From Octopus vulgaris (Eukaryota), in the NCBI GenBank assembly GCA_951406725.2, contig OX597833.1, positions 72,354,001 through 72,418,000 on the forward strand: a stretch of 64,000 bases of DNA, given 5' to 3'. Positions 13,891-28,810 of the stretch are shown in pieces. Under the pieces are notes generated by a model. That model searched no databases. It saw only the letters and a list, made by a program, of their open reading frames with translations, and was not told the origin of the DNA. The translations under genes and the position numbers were made by a program. How positions within the stretch are numbered: the first letter of the stretch is position 1; each line of letters begins with the position of its first letter.

Positions 13891-16800
13891 GGTTGATAGA
13901 TTGGCCAATTTGATGGAGCATCATAAAAAAGCTGATCTGGCAGTATTTATAGTGGAGGTCATTTTTTGTCTTTCATCTGTCTGGAGCCAGTTAAAGCCAT
14001 ACCAAAACAGACAAAATGGAGTCTGATGCAGTTCTGGTCCAGTTCAAAACCAGCATGGGAAACAGGTGTTAAATGATTTCGTTGCTGTCCCCTTTTGCAT
14101 CGGATATCACCATGGTAATCATTGCTTTTCATCCTTCTGGAATCAATAAAATAAATACCAGTTATATAAGTTTCTTTGTTTAGAGACATTTTAAGAGATG
14201 AAAAGTTTATTGCTATTTTGATTGAGTCTCCTGTTTTCTCTTTTGATTTTTAGAAATTTGTGCTTCAAACAGCCATGTTACTTTACCTCTTCATAACCAT
14301 TTTGGTACCAACTCCCTTCAGACTGCATCTACAGCAAACGTTCCTTCAGAATTTTTCGATAAGATGTTCTAAACATCAGCTTAACTCATTTAGTCTGGAG
14401 TTGTTGGTGCTTGAAATAGTCTTATGGGAAGAAAACTGCCAAATTGGACAAACCTCTAAGATTCTTTGCTTTAAAAAAAACAATATTGCAGAACCATGAA
14501 CTTGGATTTGTTTCAGCCAAAGCTTGGTCCAGGTTATCTCTGTCTTAATGCTACCACTTGATAAACACACATAAACTCTCCTACATCACAATAATTGATT
14601 TTCTTCCCACCTGATACCAGACTTGAATCCCACAATTTGGTGTTGCAGACATCTGTGTACACATATAGTTGCTAAAATATATAATAAACCCATTGTGGGT
14701 GTCGGATAAAGTGAAAGAGTAAAATAGACAGAATGTGTGAACGAAAAATGATGGACTGTATGTGTAAGTATACACAGGGCAATACATTAAACTGACCTCA
14801 GATACCCGAACCATATTTATATTATTTGAGCATTGCAGCAATTCGAAGTTCAATATATACAGAAAATGTAGTTGTGATTCCCGGGGTATACGAATTGCCT
14901 CCCTTATATGTGTGTATCTATTGCACGAGGTCATGTGAGATCAAAGATATTCCAGCTCTGATGACCTCGTCTCTTATTCAGAAATAGTGTGCCGCGGGTT
15001 ACATAATCCATCTGTTCTTTTCTGTGTAATGATAGGAGGGAGATTTAGCTATCATGTTGAGGTTGTCTTCTTGGCTTCTTCAACCAATGATTTTATGACA
15101 ATAAATCTCACAGAGATGAGCTGCTGTCAAGAATGAAATTTCTTTGAGTCTAATAAAACCAAAAGCTAAACCAGAGTTGTCTCCCTTATCGAAATAATTA
15201 AAAATGATACAATTAGTCATTAACTAATGTCTTTTCCTCTCCACGTAAATGTTTCTAATTAGATTCTTGGTGCTAATTACATTAAATATGTTAACACTAG
15301 CTTAACTATTACTTTCCATAGAGATAGCATCTCATTTGAGATTTTTTTCTTACAATATTGTACATCTACATGGTGATTCTCCTCACCATTTTAAGGTCAG
15401 TGATGTCTGTTTTACTGTTGAGTTCTTAATTAAATTGAAACGTGTTTAGAGTTGTTTCCCTTACTTTCAGAAATGCCGAAGATCATGTTCACCCTTGAGC
15501 TAATAGCATCAGTTCTTCTTCTCCACGTAATTGTTCCCAATTAGATTGATAATGGCTACAACATTAAATGCAATAAACACGGGTTTAATTAAAAGGGACA
15601 GCTATCATGCGATGTGAAGGGTTCAAACAAAAACACTTGTTAATTAAAGAGTGTTCCCCCTGCTTACAACAGTTTAATGTTTGCACCAACTCAGAACCTG
15701 TTTAAGGTGAACCAAGGATGGAGCCTCTATATGGTTGTTCAGCCTACTAGAAATAGATACCAGATCTCTCAAATTACAATCTATCCTTTTGGAAACAGTG
15801 TCACATAGGATAAATTCATCCTAGGTATACAAAACAGGATGGTCCTGGTTGGAACACTTTTGAGCATAGGTAACTAGAGTTAGCTTTAATATAAATATCT
15901 AACTCTGGTTTGCTTTGCACCAAAGAAATCAGTTTAACTCTGGCCTCATGAAGTGGAGAACTACACTGAACAGTTGGCATTTTACACACTTTTAATCAGG
16001 GAAAGTTTGGAAAAATAAGTTTATGAATAAATTTAATTGCAAACACGTTCAATATAAGATGATATCCCATCAAAGGAAGCAACCTAACTCACACTCTGTC
16101 GTCACAGATGTCTTCTACTTTAGCCTCTCTCATCGCTCAATACTTTGCTGTAGAATTTGCTTGACTAAAACTGCTCAAAGGCATTGAATGCCTCTGTATG
16201 TGTGTATGCAAATAGGGTGTCTCCCAGAATGTCTACACACTTTAAAAGTTGATTGCTCAATTTTCATGATTTAAACCCTGAGAAACGAAGAGTACTAGAT
16301 AGACTAAGCTTATAGCTCAGTCACTGGTTGGCTACGAGAAGTCTTGCAGAGTTCACAGCTCCCTTAGATGCTCAATAATTTTAGCAAGATTTCTACAGCC
16401 AGAAACCCTTGCTGTTATCAACTAATTTACAAAATACATTTGACGAGTTTTCTCCTGCCACCAACACTAGACAAAATGTCCTGGGTACAATGATAAAGCA
16501 CACCCAGCAGACTATGATGCTGGTGCAACAAATGCACTCAATACATTCTGTAGAAAGAGATGAGTTTTAGGAAGGGCATCCAGCTGTAAAACCCCTTTTT
16601 AAACTAGAACATACAAGGAAGGCATCATGTGCCACTCTCTGCCCATCTCTGAGAGCTGACTTACACTGAGATGACCAAGTCCCTCTCTATGCAGGATGGA
16701 AGAAGCTCTGTGTTTCTGTATTTGGTGCCCTTGTGTGGAGATGTTGGGCAAGTATCTCCTAGCACAGCCTTGGTTTGATCAAGGCCCCTGTGAGTGAATC

Positions 16801-18230
16801 TGGTTGGAAGTAGCTGTGCAGAATGCTGTAAGGGATATATATCTGTGTATGTTTGCTAATGTTGTATAAAAAAGATATCAAAATAAAATAATGACTTGAA
16901 TTGAGTATGACCAACCAAATCCCTTGAAGGTAGTGCTCCAGAATGGCAGCAGTCCAATGACTGAAGTCAGTGAAATTAATGTTATGTCTATCATGGCATG
17001 GGACCAGATCATGGTTTTTGGAAGAATGTTAATGTTGTTAAACTTTTATACATAAATATGATAGGAACCGTATTTCCACCAGCAAATAACATATATCATG
17101 ACATTGCAAAGTGGAGCTTGAGAGCTGTTCACACCAACCCACGGCAGCAGAGGATAAGAAAAATCCGTTAATACTGGATATGTGGAACTGTCCAAGCTGT
17201 CTGGTAAATAGAATTTAATTTCAATTATTTTTAATTCCAAGTCTTTTTTTTTTTTTTCTTCTCTTTTAGTTTTGAGTTTAAAATTGGGAAAACATGTTAT
17301 TAGAATTAAGATGAAAAAAATTCTAAATTTTAATAACTGAAATTGAAATCCAGTGAATTGAGATTCAATTATTGAACTGCAATTTGAGTTTTATGGTATT
17401 GATTTTTTAGAAGTTTTCTTTTGAAATGGAATTTTTTTCATTTCCATTAATATTTCTTTCTCTCCTTTAGATTTTGGTTTATGAAAACACAAATTTTATA
17501 AATTTGAAAGAGAATTTCTATTCTGTGGTTTCCATTATCTATCAACGAGTAATTTAGGAACTAAAAACTGGGCATCAGAATTCTCTGCTCAACTAGTTTC
17601 AGGATCAATCCCACTGAATGGCACTTTGGGTAAGTGTCTTCTTTGAGGGTGCCAAGACAACCAAAGCCTCATTAGGAAATTTAGTTTGTGGTAATTATGG
17701 GAAAAACTGTTGTGTGTGTGTGTGTCCTTGTCTCCATGTCAATTGATGGTTGTAAACGTGTGTCACATCATACAATGGAAAATATTGCCTTATTTGGAAA
17801 TAGGTGAGGGGTGGCAACAGGAAGGGTATCCGGCTGCACAAAATCTGTCTCAATAAATTCTGTATGACTCATAGAAGCTTGGAAAAGGAAATATTGAAAT
17901 GATGAGGAGGAGTAGTTACAGCTAGAAAAAGAGGATGAGGGTGTTTATGTTGTATTGTTAGCAACTGAAAACATAGAAGGACAAAACATATAATAAAGGG
18001 ACCGAAGCACACAAAATCAACAGGAAGAGAGCAGATCAATTGTGTGCAGGGTAGAGAAATCAGGCATTTCCGATTGCTTGAAATGCAAGATTTTCTATTC
18101 CATGGCAATTTCACTCGACTCCACTCTCTGCCACTTTTTCACTTTTTCTAAATAACATCAGCTTTTGCTGATGCAGTCCACCACTGGTCAATTTCCTTTC
18201 TGCTTCATACACACACACACACATATATAT

Positions 18231-18265
<35 letters not shown>

Positions 18266-18397
18266 AAGCTGACATAGGAGCTTGATGCACAACTGGGATT
18301 TACTAGATCCTGTGAAACTGTCCAGTCCATGCCAGCATGGAGAAAAAAAGATGACAGTAAATGATGATCATATATATGAATATGTATATATATATAC

Positions 18398-19067
18398 GGG
18401 GGAGAATTCACAAAAGACGAAGACAGGTGGTGTAGACAACAAACAGATGTGTTAGTTTAACGGTTGGGAAGTGAAAAAGTCTTTAATTTTTCAGGCCTAC
18501 ACTCTTCTTTGGTAACGAACACAGAAAGAAACAAGGAGAGAAAATATATACATGTGTGTGTGTATATATATATATATATATAGATATAGATATCATCATA
18601 TTCATCATCATTGTTTAACGTCTGTTTTCCATGCTAGCATGGGTTGGACGGTTTGACCAGGGTCTGGGAAGCCAGGAGGCTGCACCAGGCTCCAGTCTGA
18701 TCTGGCAATCCTTCTACAGCTGGTTGCCCTTCCTAACGCCAACCACTCCTTGAGTGTAGTGGGTGCTTTTTACGTGCCACCAGCACAGGTGCCAGGGGAG
18801 GCTCGCAGTGGCCACGATCAGTGGGTGCTTTTTACATGCCACTGGCACAGAAGCCAGTCACAGTGGCGCTGGCATCGGCCACGTTTGGATGGTGCTTTTT
18901 ATGTGCCACCTGCACAGGTATCGTAACTACAATTTCCATTTGATTTTTTGATGTTGATGTACTTGACTCAGTAGGTCTCCTCAAGCACAGCCGGTCACCC
19001 TACGATCCAAGGTAAGCACAGCAGGCCGTATATACAGAAGTATATATATATATACACACACACACAC

Positions 19068-19111
<44 letters not shown>

Positions 19112-19131
19112 ACATACATATATATATATAC

Positions 19132-19163
<32 letters not shown>

Positions 19164-19579
19164 ATACTTCTGTATATATATTGCCGGTGTCACATAAGAA
19201 GCACCCACTACACTCTCGGAGCAGTTGGCGTTAGGAAGGGCATCAAGCTGTAGAAACTCTGCAAGATCAAGATTGGAGCCTGGTGCAGCCATCTGGTTCG
19301 CCAGTCCTCAGTCAAAATCGTCCAACCCATGCTAACATGGAAAGTGGACGTTAAACTATGATGATAATGTATATATGTATGTGTGTATATATATATATAT
19401 ATAGACATGTGTGTATATATATATATATAGGGAGAATTCACAAAAAAAAAATAGACGAAGACAAGTGGTGTAGAAAATAAACATGTATTAGTATAACGGT
19501 CGGGAATTAAAAAGTCTTTTACGTTTTGAGCCTATGCTCTTCTAGAGAAAGGGACACAGAGAAAAGCAAGGAGAGAAAA

Positions 19580-19580
<1 letters not shown>
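18398..19580. repeat. ~150-bp diverged direct repeat (18398-18545 and 19430-19580)
   Basis: Both copies read ggagaattcacaaaa..gacgaagaca.gtggtgtaga..aaagtcttt..gccta..ctcttc..acacaga.a.aa.caaggagagaaaa. Confidence 0.75.
18597..19365. mobile_element. Two RTE 3'-end copies in opposite orientation (18597-19030 minus; 19180-19365 plus) separated by (TA)n
   Basis: Both carry the ccaacccatgctagcatggaaa / ggaagggcatccagctgtagaaa motifs. Further short copies lie at ~5045, 25370, 28855, 37165, 42920, 52040, 58005 and 60395. Confidence 0.8.
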
Positions 19581-20830
<1,250 letters not shown>

Positions 20831-20832
20831 AT

Positions 20833-21195
20833 ATCATCATCATCATCGTTTAACGTCCGTTTTCCATGCAGGCATGGGTTGGATGGTTCGACCAGGGTCT
20901 GGGAAGCCAGGAGGCTGCACCAGGCTCCAGTCTGATCTGGAAGTGTGTCTACAGCTTGATGTCCTTCCTAACACCAACCTCTCTGAGTGTAGTGGGTGCT
21001 TTTTATGTGCTGGCGGCACAGGTGCCAGGGGAGACTGGCAGCAGCCACGATCGGTTGGTGCTTTTCACGTGCCGCTGGCATCAGGAACGTTTGGATCATG
21101 CTTTTTACATGCCACTGGCACAGGTTTCGCAACTATAATTTCCATTTGATTTTTATTTTGATGTTGATGTACGCAGGCCACCCTACAATCCAAGG
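20833..21195 (-). mobile_element. RTE LINE 3'UTR fragment, opposite orientation to the 21196 copy
   Basis: catcatcatcgtttaacgtccgttttccatgc.. is the reverse complement of the RTE tail. Contains ~60-bp internal subrepeats (ggtgctttt..gtgcc..ggcac). Confidence 0.8.
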
Positions 21196-22018
21196 TAGAA
21201 TAAGAATAGCCTGGGCAAAGTTCAGAGAGCTCTTACCTCTGCGAGTGACAAAGGGCCTCTCGCTAAGAGTAAAAGGTAGACTGTATGACGCATGTGTACG
21301 AACAGCCATGCTACATGGCAGTGAAACATGGGCCGTGACTGCTGAGGACATGCGTAAGCTCACAAGGAATGAAACCAGTATGCTCTGATGGATGTGTAAT
21401 GTCAGTATGCATAATCGACAGAGTGTAAGTACCTTGAGAGAAAAGTTGGACCTAAGAAGCATCAGTTGTGGTGTACAAGAGAGACGTTTGTGCTGGTATG
21501 GTCATGTGGCGAGAATGGATGAAGATAGTTGTGTGAAAAAGTGCCACACACTAGCGGTTGAGGGAACCTGTGGAAGAGGTATACTCAGGAGGACCTAGGA
21601 TGAAGTGGTGAAGCATGACCTTCGAACATTAGGCCTCACCAAGGAAATGACTAGAGACTGAGACCTTTGGAAATATGATGTGCGTGAGAAGACCTGGCAA
21701 GCCAAATGAGACCATAATCTCGTGGCCTATGCCAGGGGTGTAACCAGCCCACTTATGCATACCTTTCCTTCATTGGACACTAAACTCTGCTTACAAAGAC
21801 CCGTTGAGGCAAGTGAAATCAAAATCAAATTCGATGACTGGCATCCATACTAGTGGAGCGCTAAGAGCACCATCCAAGTGTGATTGCTGCCAGAGTGGCT
21901 AACTGGCTTCTGTGCAGGTGGCATGTAAAAAATACCATTTGAGCGTAACCGTTGGCAGTACTGCCTGACTACCGTCCAACCCATGCTAGCATGGAAAGTG
22001 GACGTTAAACGATGATGA
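21196..22018 (+). mobile_element. 5'-truncated RTE-clade LINE (ORF2 C-terminus, 3'UTR and (GAT)n tail)
   Basis: RIRIAWAKFRELLP..KGRLYDACVRTAMLHGSETWA..RRL.WYGHVARM with in-frame stops. The 3'UTR ends ggacgttaaacgatgatga. Confidence 0.9.
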
Positions 22019-25000
22019 TAGATTATATATATATATATATATATAAGGAAAGAAATAAGATGGAAAAACACACCAGATTTGTTTTCATCTTATTTCTTCC
22101 CTTGTATATTCAACCATGTGTAACCACCAACCATACTTTCTCACTCATATATATAAAACCTTCTTTTATCCCGACCCATTGTGTTAATCTCTCAGTCATT
22201 TCCTCCCCATCTCAGTTGTCTCTGGGGATGGCAGTTAATCTCTTCTGCTTCCAGTCAGTCAAGCAAAAAGATTCCACTGTACCATTTCTGACCATCTCTC
22301 CATAACTGCTTATTCTATTCAGGAATACACAACCCACCTCCTTTCACCATGCCACCATCCTCATTGCTCTCAACCCCTGTCACCCATTTTGTAGTCCTGG
22401 GCCCATATTTGCTCAGTTCACTCAATCTTCATCCTCCCCTTCACTACTGCCAGTCATCCCTTCCTGTCGCACTGCATATTCATTTAATCCTGTATATCTG
22501 AGCCCCCTCGCGTAACCCCATCTCCTCTCTCACACCCTTATTAACCTACTATCTCAATCATATTGCCTCCCATACAATACAAACCAATCTCTAACTACTA
22601 ACGACTCCTGCCACCACTACCACTACCCTTCCCCCTTCACTGTCAGTCCTCCTCCTCCTACTACCCGTGTCTCTCACTTCATAAAGAAGTTGGCAATCAA
22701 GAAATGAGATGAGTTTGTGAGTTCCCTTAATTAGTGTCTTCAACATCACTCTCTCTCTCTCTCTCTCTCTGCTGTCACACACCCATCCCCCCTCCATGCA
22801 GGGTGAATAGCGAGATTGTGAGGAACCATTCGGGGGTTTTTTAGAACATGACACTTCTGACCCCAGTGACCTGTCTGGTCCATGCCAACATGGAAAATGG
22901 ACAGAAGACAATGATGACAACGATGTGGGTCTGTGTGTCACATCACCTGTGTTGCAAGGTATGCTATTGGATCTGCTGGTATTCAATCCACATACATAAA
23001 TATACACACACACACATATATATATGTACATATATTTTTATACATACACACACACACACACATGCTACCTCTAGACATACATGAATCATATAAACCATGT
23101 CCAAAGTAATTCAAAAACTCATTCAAACTGTTGCATGGAGTCATTTCCAGGGTTTCACAACCAAGTGATTTGTCCATGGCTCATTATCGTTAACACTGTG
23201 CAACACAATGTTTTGTCCTTGGGTAGCAACTGTTATCTCCTATTTGCTGACCCCTAGAAAATATGGAAATGGCTAATATTTCCTTCAAACTTTGCTTTTG
23301 TTACATTTATTCAAAGCCCAAAGGATCCCTTTCAATACATGGCTATGATGCTTCCTCACTATTGTCAGCCACTAAGGGTCATGCTCAAGTGATTAAGCTC
23401 AAGCAACTGACAGACAAATCTGTGGTGTTGAGCAGAATATAATGATATTTCTGCTTCAGCAACTCAGCACTAAATCTTTCTGAAATGTAATGGAAAAAAG
23501 GTCAGTTTCAAAAGCATTGATGTTGTCCAGATGACAGAAGCAAAGTCTCATGTTTATAAAGAAGTTTTGTGTGTCCCATAGTGTGGTACGGTAGACACGT
23601 GGCAAAATGATAAGAAATGTTTTGCATTCTAAGTTCAAATCCTGCTGAAGTCAAGTTTACCTTTAATTGTTCTGGAGTTAATTTAATAAAGAACAAATCA
23701 AATGCTGGTTTGATTTTTCATGACACTGCATTATAAACAGATTGTGGAGCTCTTCTCATGTGAGGAAGAGTTTCTAAAGACTGGTGAAGGGCTGAAGAGG
23801 AGGAGAGCAGCTGTTACTCTTCTGACATACCCCAGGAGGGGGAAAAAAAAACTCTTCCCAAAACAACTAAACATGCTAGACGTGGATGAACTTGGAGGTT
23901 CTCAACACAGAATGGTTACCAAATATCGAAGACCAGGGTTGTGGTTAGCACATGAGAAAGGAAGCTTGCAGTAAGGGTTGCATGTGTGAAACCTGTGCTC
24001 ACACCTGCTCAACTCAATCTGGAAAACAGCAGCTAAACCTGCCACCAAAACACAATAATTTTGTCTCAAAAGAGAAGACGACATTGGATAATGTTGTTTC
24101 AATGTGTCTGGATGGTCATGGTTGAGAAACGCTTGATCCTGGGTCTGGTCAGTCATGCGTTAAATGATGACAACTTTCTACTTCACATCCATCGTTTCTG
24201 GGTCAGTGAAGGAGCCACTATGAGGTCACTCATATTGCTAGAAATAGCAAACAAATTTCTAATCACATCATACTACCTTAAAAACACACGGACAGTGTGG
24301 ATAATGTAGTCCAAGATACTCCGTAGCTGAGGGAAAGATGGAACGGTTAAGAGTTGAATATTTTGGATCATTCAATCAGGGATGGTCTGAGAGTAAACAA
24401 CACCAGGAGTTTGTTAATAAAGTCAATAAACCAGTAAAATGACGTCACGAGCTTTTCTTCTTCTTCTTATTATTATTATATGGAGTATGAAAAACGCTTT
24501 GGTGGTGGCCCAGGGGGTTATTAAGGCCCATGGGGGAACGCTTTTAGTTCAATGATGTTTTGTTCCTTTTGTGACAATGCTGTTTAGGTGTGAGCACATG
24601 TATTGTGAACTGTGTCTCTATGAAGCACGTGTGTGTGTGTCTGTGAGCAAAAAAATGTGTGTGTGTGTCTGTCTGTGAGCAAATAATGTGTGTGTGTGTG
24701 TGTGTGTGTGTTAAAATCCCTGCCTCTCTTCACACAATCAGTTTACAAACAAAAAAGTTCTTTAATATTTTCTTTTTGCCTTTTGTTTCTTTTTGCTGTT
24801 AATAATTACAACATTCTTGCACTTAATTTTCAGTCATTTTAATTACAAATCTGGTTTGCTCGTTATTCTTTTCAAAATATCATAATTAGGAAAAGGAGAG
24901 AAAGAAAGAGTGTGTGTGTGTGTACATATGTGTGAGGAGTACTTTTGATTGTATTATGCTGAACAATATGCATGAGTGTGTGTGTGTGTGTGATCTCTAC

Positions 25001-26499
25001 CTCTGTTTCAGCAGAGATTCATCAGAGCAATTAAAAAATGTTCTCTTGAAAAAATAAAATTAAAAAAAAAACATCCGGCCTTTATCTGTTGCCTGTAAAG
25101 AGAAAATGCCAGTTTGGGATGTGTGTGAATGGGATTCAAGAGAATCAGAAACAACTGTATGAAAGGCCATGTGTGTATGTATATATATATACATATATAT
25201 ATATATAATGTTTGTATCATTTTTGTTCCCTACATATGTTTCACCCTTGTGGTCATTTGCATCCTTTTCAATGGATGCTCCAAATGCAACTGGATTCTGA
25301 ATCACAGCAGTTCATCAGGAGAACCCTATTTTATTGCATTATATGACACAGGTCAAATGGTATATTTATCATCATCATCATCATCATCTGTTTTCCATGC
25401 TGGCAAAGGTTGGATGGCTTGATAGGGTCCAATGAGCTGTGTCAGACTCTAATGTCAGCCTTGGCTTGACTTCTGTGGCTGGATGTCCTTCCTACAGCCA
25501 ACCCTTTTGCACCATGAACAAGAGGTGCTATTTCATGATAAGGGCACCAGTGTGACTGCTGTCTGCAGCTTGCCTGACAACAAAACCCGAGGGGACAAAG
25601 AACATATTTCTCAAAATTTTATTTCTGCTTCAATAATCTGTTTTAATAGGAAATAAGAGAAAGACATGATCATCCAGTTAGTATCTCATTATGTGTGTGT
25701 GTGTGTGTGTGTGTGTCTGTCCTTGACATGCGATACTTGTCAACAAGTGTCCTTATCATACAAGCAGGGTCATTTGTTTCCAATCTTCTGTGAGAACATG
25801 TTTGGAAACAAGTGAGGGTTGGTGACCAGAGGGGGCATCTGGCTGCAGAAAATCTCCTTCAAGAAATTCTGTCCAACCCATGCAAGCATGGGAGAGTGGA
25901 CATTAAAGCAATGAGGATGATATACATGTATTTTTTGCAAGGTCACCCAGGGAAGTATTAAGGCTTGGTATGTGTGTGTGTGGGGGGGCACACTTTCATT
26001 TCAATGATGTTTTGTTCTTTTTTGTAACAGAATGCAGTTTGTGGTGTGAGCACATGTATTCAGAAGTCTGTCTTTACATCAGACACACGTGTGTGTGTGT
26101 GTGTGTATTCAAATCTGTATGTGTCTGTGTGCACCTGATGCATGTATAAATAGACATTTTTGCCCTTCTTCACAACCATCCATTCTCTCTTTTGCCATCA
26201 ATCAGCACAGTAAACCATTCATTGATCCATTAAAAAGATCTCAGAAAGGATGCCGTTTACTGGACACAAAAATGTACAACCAAATAATATAAGAAACCCA
26301 AGATCCCTATTACTATTTTAATTCTATGACCAATTATCTTTAGCCATGTGGCTAATTACACTGGGAAAGGCATAAAAGCCACATCATCTCATTTCTTACG
26401 CCATGAATCTGAAGATTTATTTCAATTCTAATCTAATAAATAGTATATTATTATTCATGATGTGCAGGAATATTTTACATTTGGAAGCCATGTCTTTGA

Positions 26500-27330
26500 T
26501 ACCAAGTCACAAACAGTTTCCTCAGATATCGAGGGGCCTTCTTCCAACTCATGCTGTCCCCAAAAGATCAGATTTCTGAATTAATGTAACTCTTGTAGTT
26601 ACACCAATCTCAATAAGGGAACTCTTGTTGGTGGCAGTATCTGGAGTACCCCTATTTTCTCCTGTTCTTTGACCCCTACATTCATGTCTACAGCTATAAC
26701 ATATCTATGATGATGCACCCTTTTTCTCCCCTTGTCCATAACCAAAATATCTGGTTACCTTGCATGAACTTTGGGATCAGTCTGTAAATTAAAACCCTGT
26801 GAGATCCCATAAAACTGGTCGTTCTCTATTACACTCTCTGCTTAATGTTTCTACCATTTTCTTCTTACTTCAAATCCCTTTTGCTGTAACATGTCCCAGC
26901 CTTGGCCACCCAGTCATGTCTGCATCTATATTCCTTCTATGTCAAATGACCATAGGAACTCACGTGCATAATGGATTCCCCTTTCTCATCGTATCCTCTG
27001 CACTTTTTGTGGTTTTGTCTATTTTTGCCTTAATGGCATTTGTTTACAATGACTGGCTTTGAACAGCCGTTAAGAGTCCTTCCATTTCTTCCTTAAGGTT
27101 TCCATTCTTCAGCCACAGCCAAGGCTCATCTGCTGCAACAGCCTGCGTTTGTCTGAGATGTGCAGTTCTTGCTCTTGTCTTCTTTCCTTTATATTCCATT
27201 GCCATCTCCTCACTCTTCTGGCAGCTGAAACCCGTCTTTCTGTATTATTCCTCCCACTCTGTATCCCATGCTGTCTCCTGGTGGCATCAATCCTCTCCCT
27301 CCTTGCAATCTTGAACCGGTCACCAACAAT
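26500..27330 (-). mobile_element. Degenerate RLE-type (Dong/R4-like) non-LTR element C-terminus
   Basis: WLWLKNGNLKEEMEGLLTAVQSQSL*TNAIKAKID, LWD...QTD, PDILVMDK..CIIID (PD-D/ExK nuclease) and QKS.LLGTA. Confidence 0.7.
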
Positions 27331-27520
27331 CCAATAACTTGGACATGGTCATTGGTCTTTCTGTTGTTGTTTGGCAGAATTGTTGGAGAGTCAAACAAAA
27401 TGCTTTGTAGCATTTTCTCCCAATTCCACCAAGGTCAGCTTTGCCTTTCAGGGTCAATAAAATAAAGTAGCAGTCATCTACTGAGGCTGATATGATATTG
27501 CAAAGGAAGATTACTACTCA

Positions 27521-28810
27521 TCTATATATTAACGTGTTTGTACCATCAGTGTTTGTCACACTAAGGGAGATAAGTCAGGATTAAATTCGAGTTATTTCCC
27601 CTGGCTTCTGAACTGGCATTGCTGCAACACTCTTGAAAGATGGTAAAACTCTTCACAGTATATTAAAGCTTCCAGTTCCTTTGAGTGAAAAAAGTGTGTG
27701 CAATGTTCCACCAAAATCTGATCAAGGAAACATTCTTAGGTGAGTAAATCATCATTATCGTTTAGTCTTCATTATTGACGAATTTTCAATGATCCCATTT
27801 TATGCTTTGAAAGCTGTAGATAATTGTTTGAGAGCTATTATGAATAATAACTGTATTTGGTGGGGAAATTAGCACACTAGGAGGAGATTTTAGATAAGTT
27901 CTTTCATTTGTTCCCAGAGCTTCTCCTGTGGCTGTACTTGATGCCTGCCTCAAACGCTCCTCTATGAGGGATAGTTTTCATCAAAGGCAACTCACACAAA
28001 ACACAAGAACAAATACAAATGAACCAGATTTTTCGAGGTGGTGAAAGTGGAATTCTTTAAAGCTCTCTTGATAATCCTCTCGCAGAAGATACTAATGATA
28101 TTCCTGAGACATGCATAGATAACAATTTGATATATTCGACAATTGTACAGCAGAAGAATGGAAAATAGAGTAATCTCAAACCCCTAAATATTCAGACTGC
28201 TCAGCAGTAAATGAAGAAATTCTAAGTGGATTGCCCACTGAAACCAAGACATATCTAAGCACCAACTCAGTAACTTCTGATAATGAAGAAGCAACCCCAA
28301 ATTGTCCCATGGAGTTTATAAACTCTCTTACACCTTCTGGAATGCCTCCCCATCGCCTTAACTTGAAAGTTGGAACAATCATTATGCTTCTTGGAAACCT
28401 CTCTATAACACAAGCTCTAAGCAATGGAACTCGCTTGGAAGTACTTCAGCTCCATGAGCATAGCATTGAAGCATCAATTAGAAGTGGATCTCATTCTCAC
28501 ACGAGAGAACTGATTCCAAGAATTAAACTAACTCCAAGTGATGCAAACATTCCATTCGTTCTGCATCGGACCCAGTTCCCAGTTTGTCTGTCAATCAATA
28601 AAGCACAGGGGCAAACATTCAATAGAGTTGGCATACACTTGCCACAGCCATCCTTCACTCATGGCCAGCTTTATGTAGCTTTTCCAAGAGCAAGGGCAAT
28701 GAACAGTGTCAGGGTGAAAGTGATACCACAAAACGAATCCGCTGATGGTCGCAGGGTCGGGGAATCACCCGCACTAGAAACATTGGACATAGGGAAATGC
28801 TGTAGTTAAC
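27521..28810 (+). mobile_element. Degenerate, internally deleted Helitron (PIF1/SF1 helicase fragment)
   Basis: TGIAATLL..GKTLHS, IIDEFSM, GGDFR*VL (with stops and frameshifts), then PHRLNLKVGTIIMLL, NGTRL, IPRI, QFPV, INKAQGQT, HGQLYVA. Putative 5' end A|TCTATATAT at 27521. Confidence 0.85.

Noticed and set aside
16212-16250. Tc1/mariner-like TIR start (tagggtgtctcccagaa)
   Set aside because: No partner TIR or transposase was found in the window.
18760-18920. CRISPR-like regularly spaced repeats (ggtgctttt..gtgccac)
   Set aside because: These are tandem subrepeats of the RTE 3'UTR with mutually similar 'spacers'; the context is eukaryotic and there are no cas genes.
28231-28809. 192-aa ORF as a cellular PIF1 helicase gene
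   Set aside because: Upstream helicase motifs contain stops and frameshifts, there is no exon structure, and the motifs are Helitron-type.
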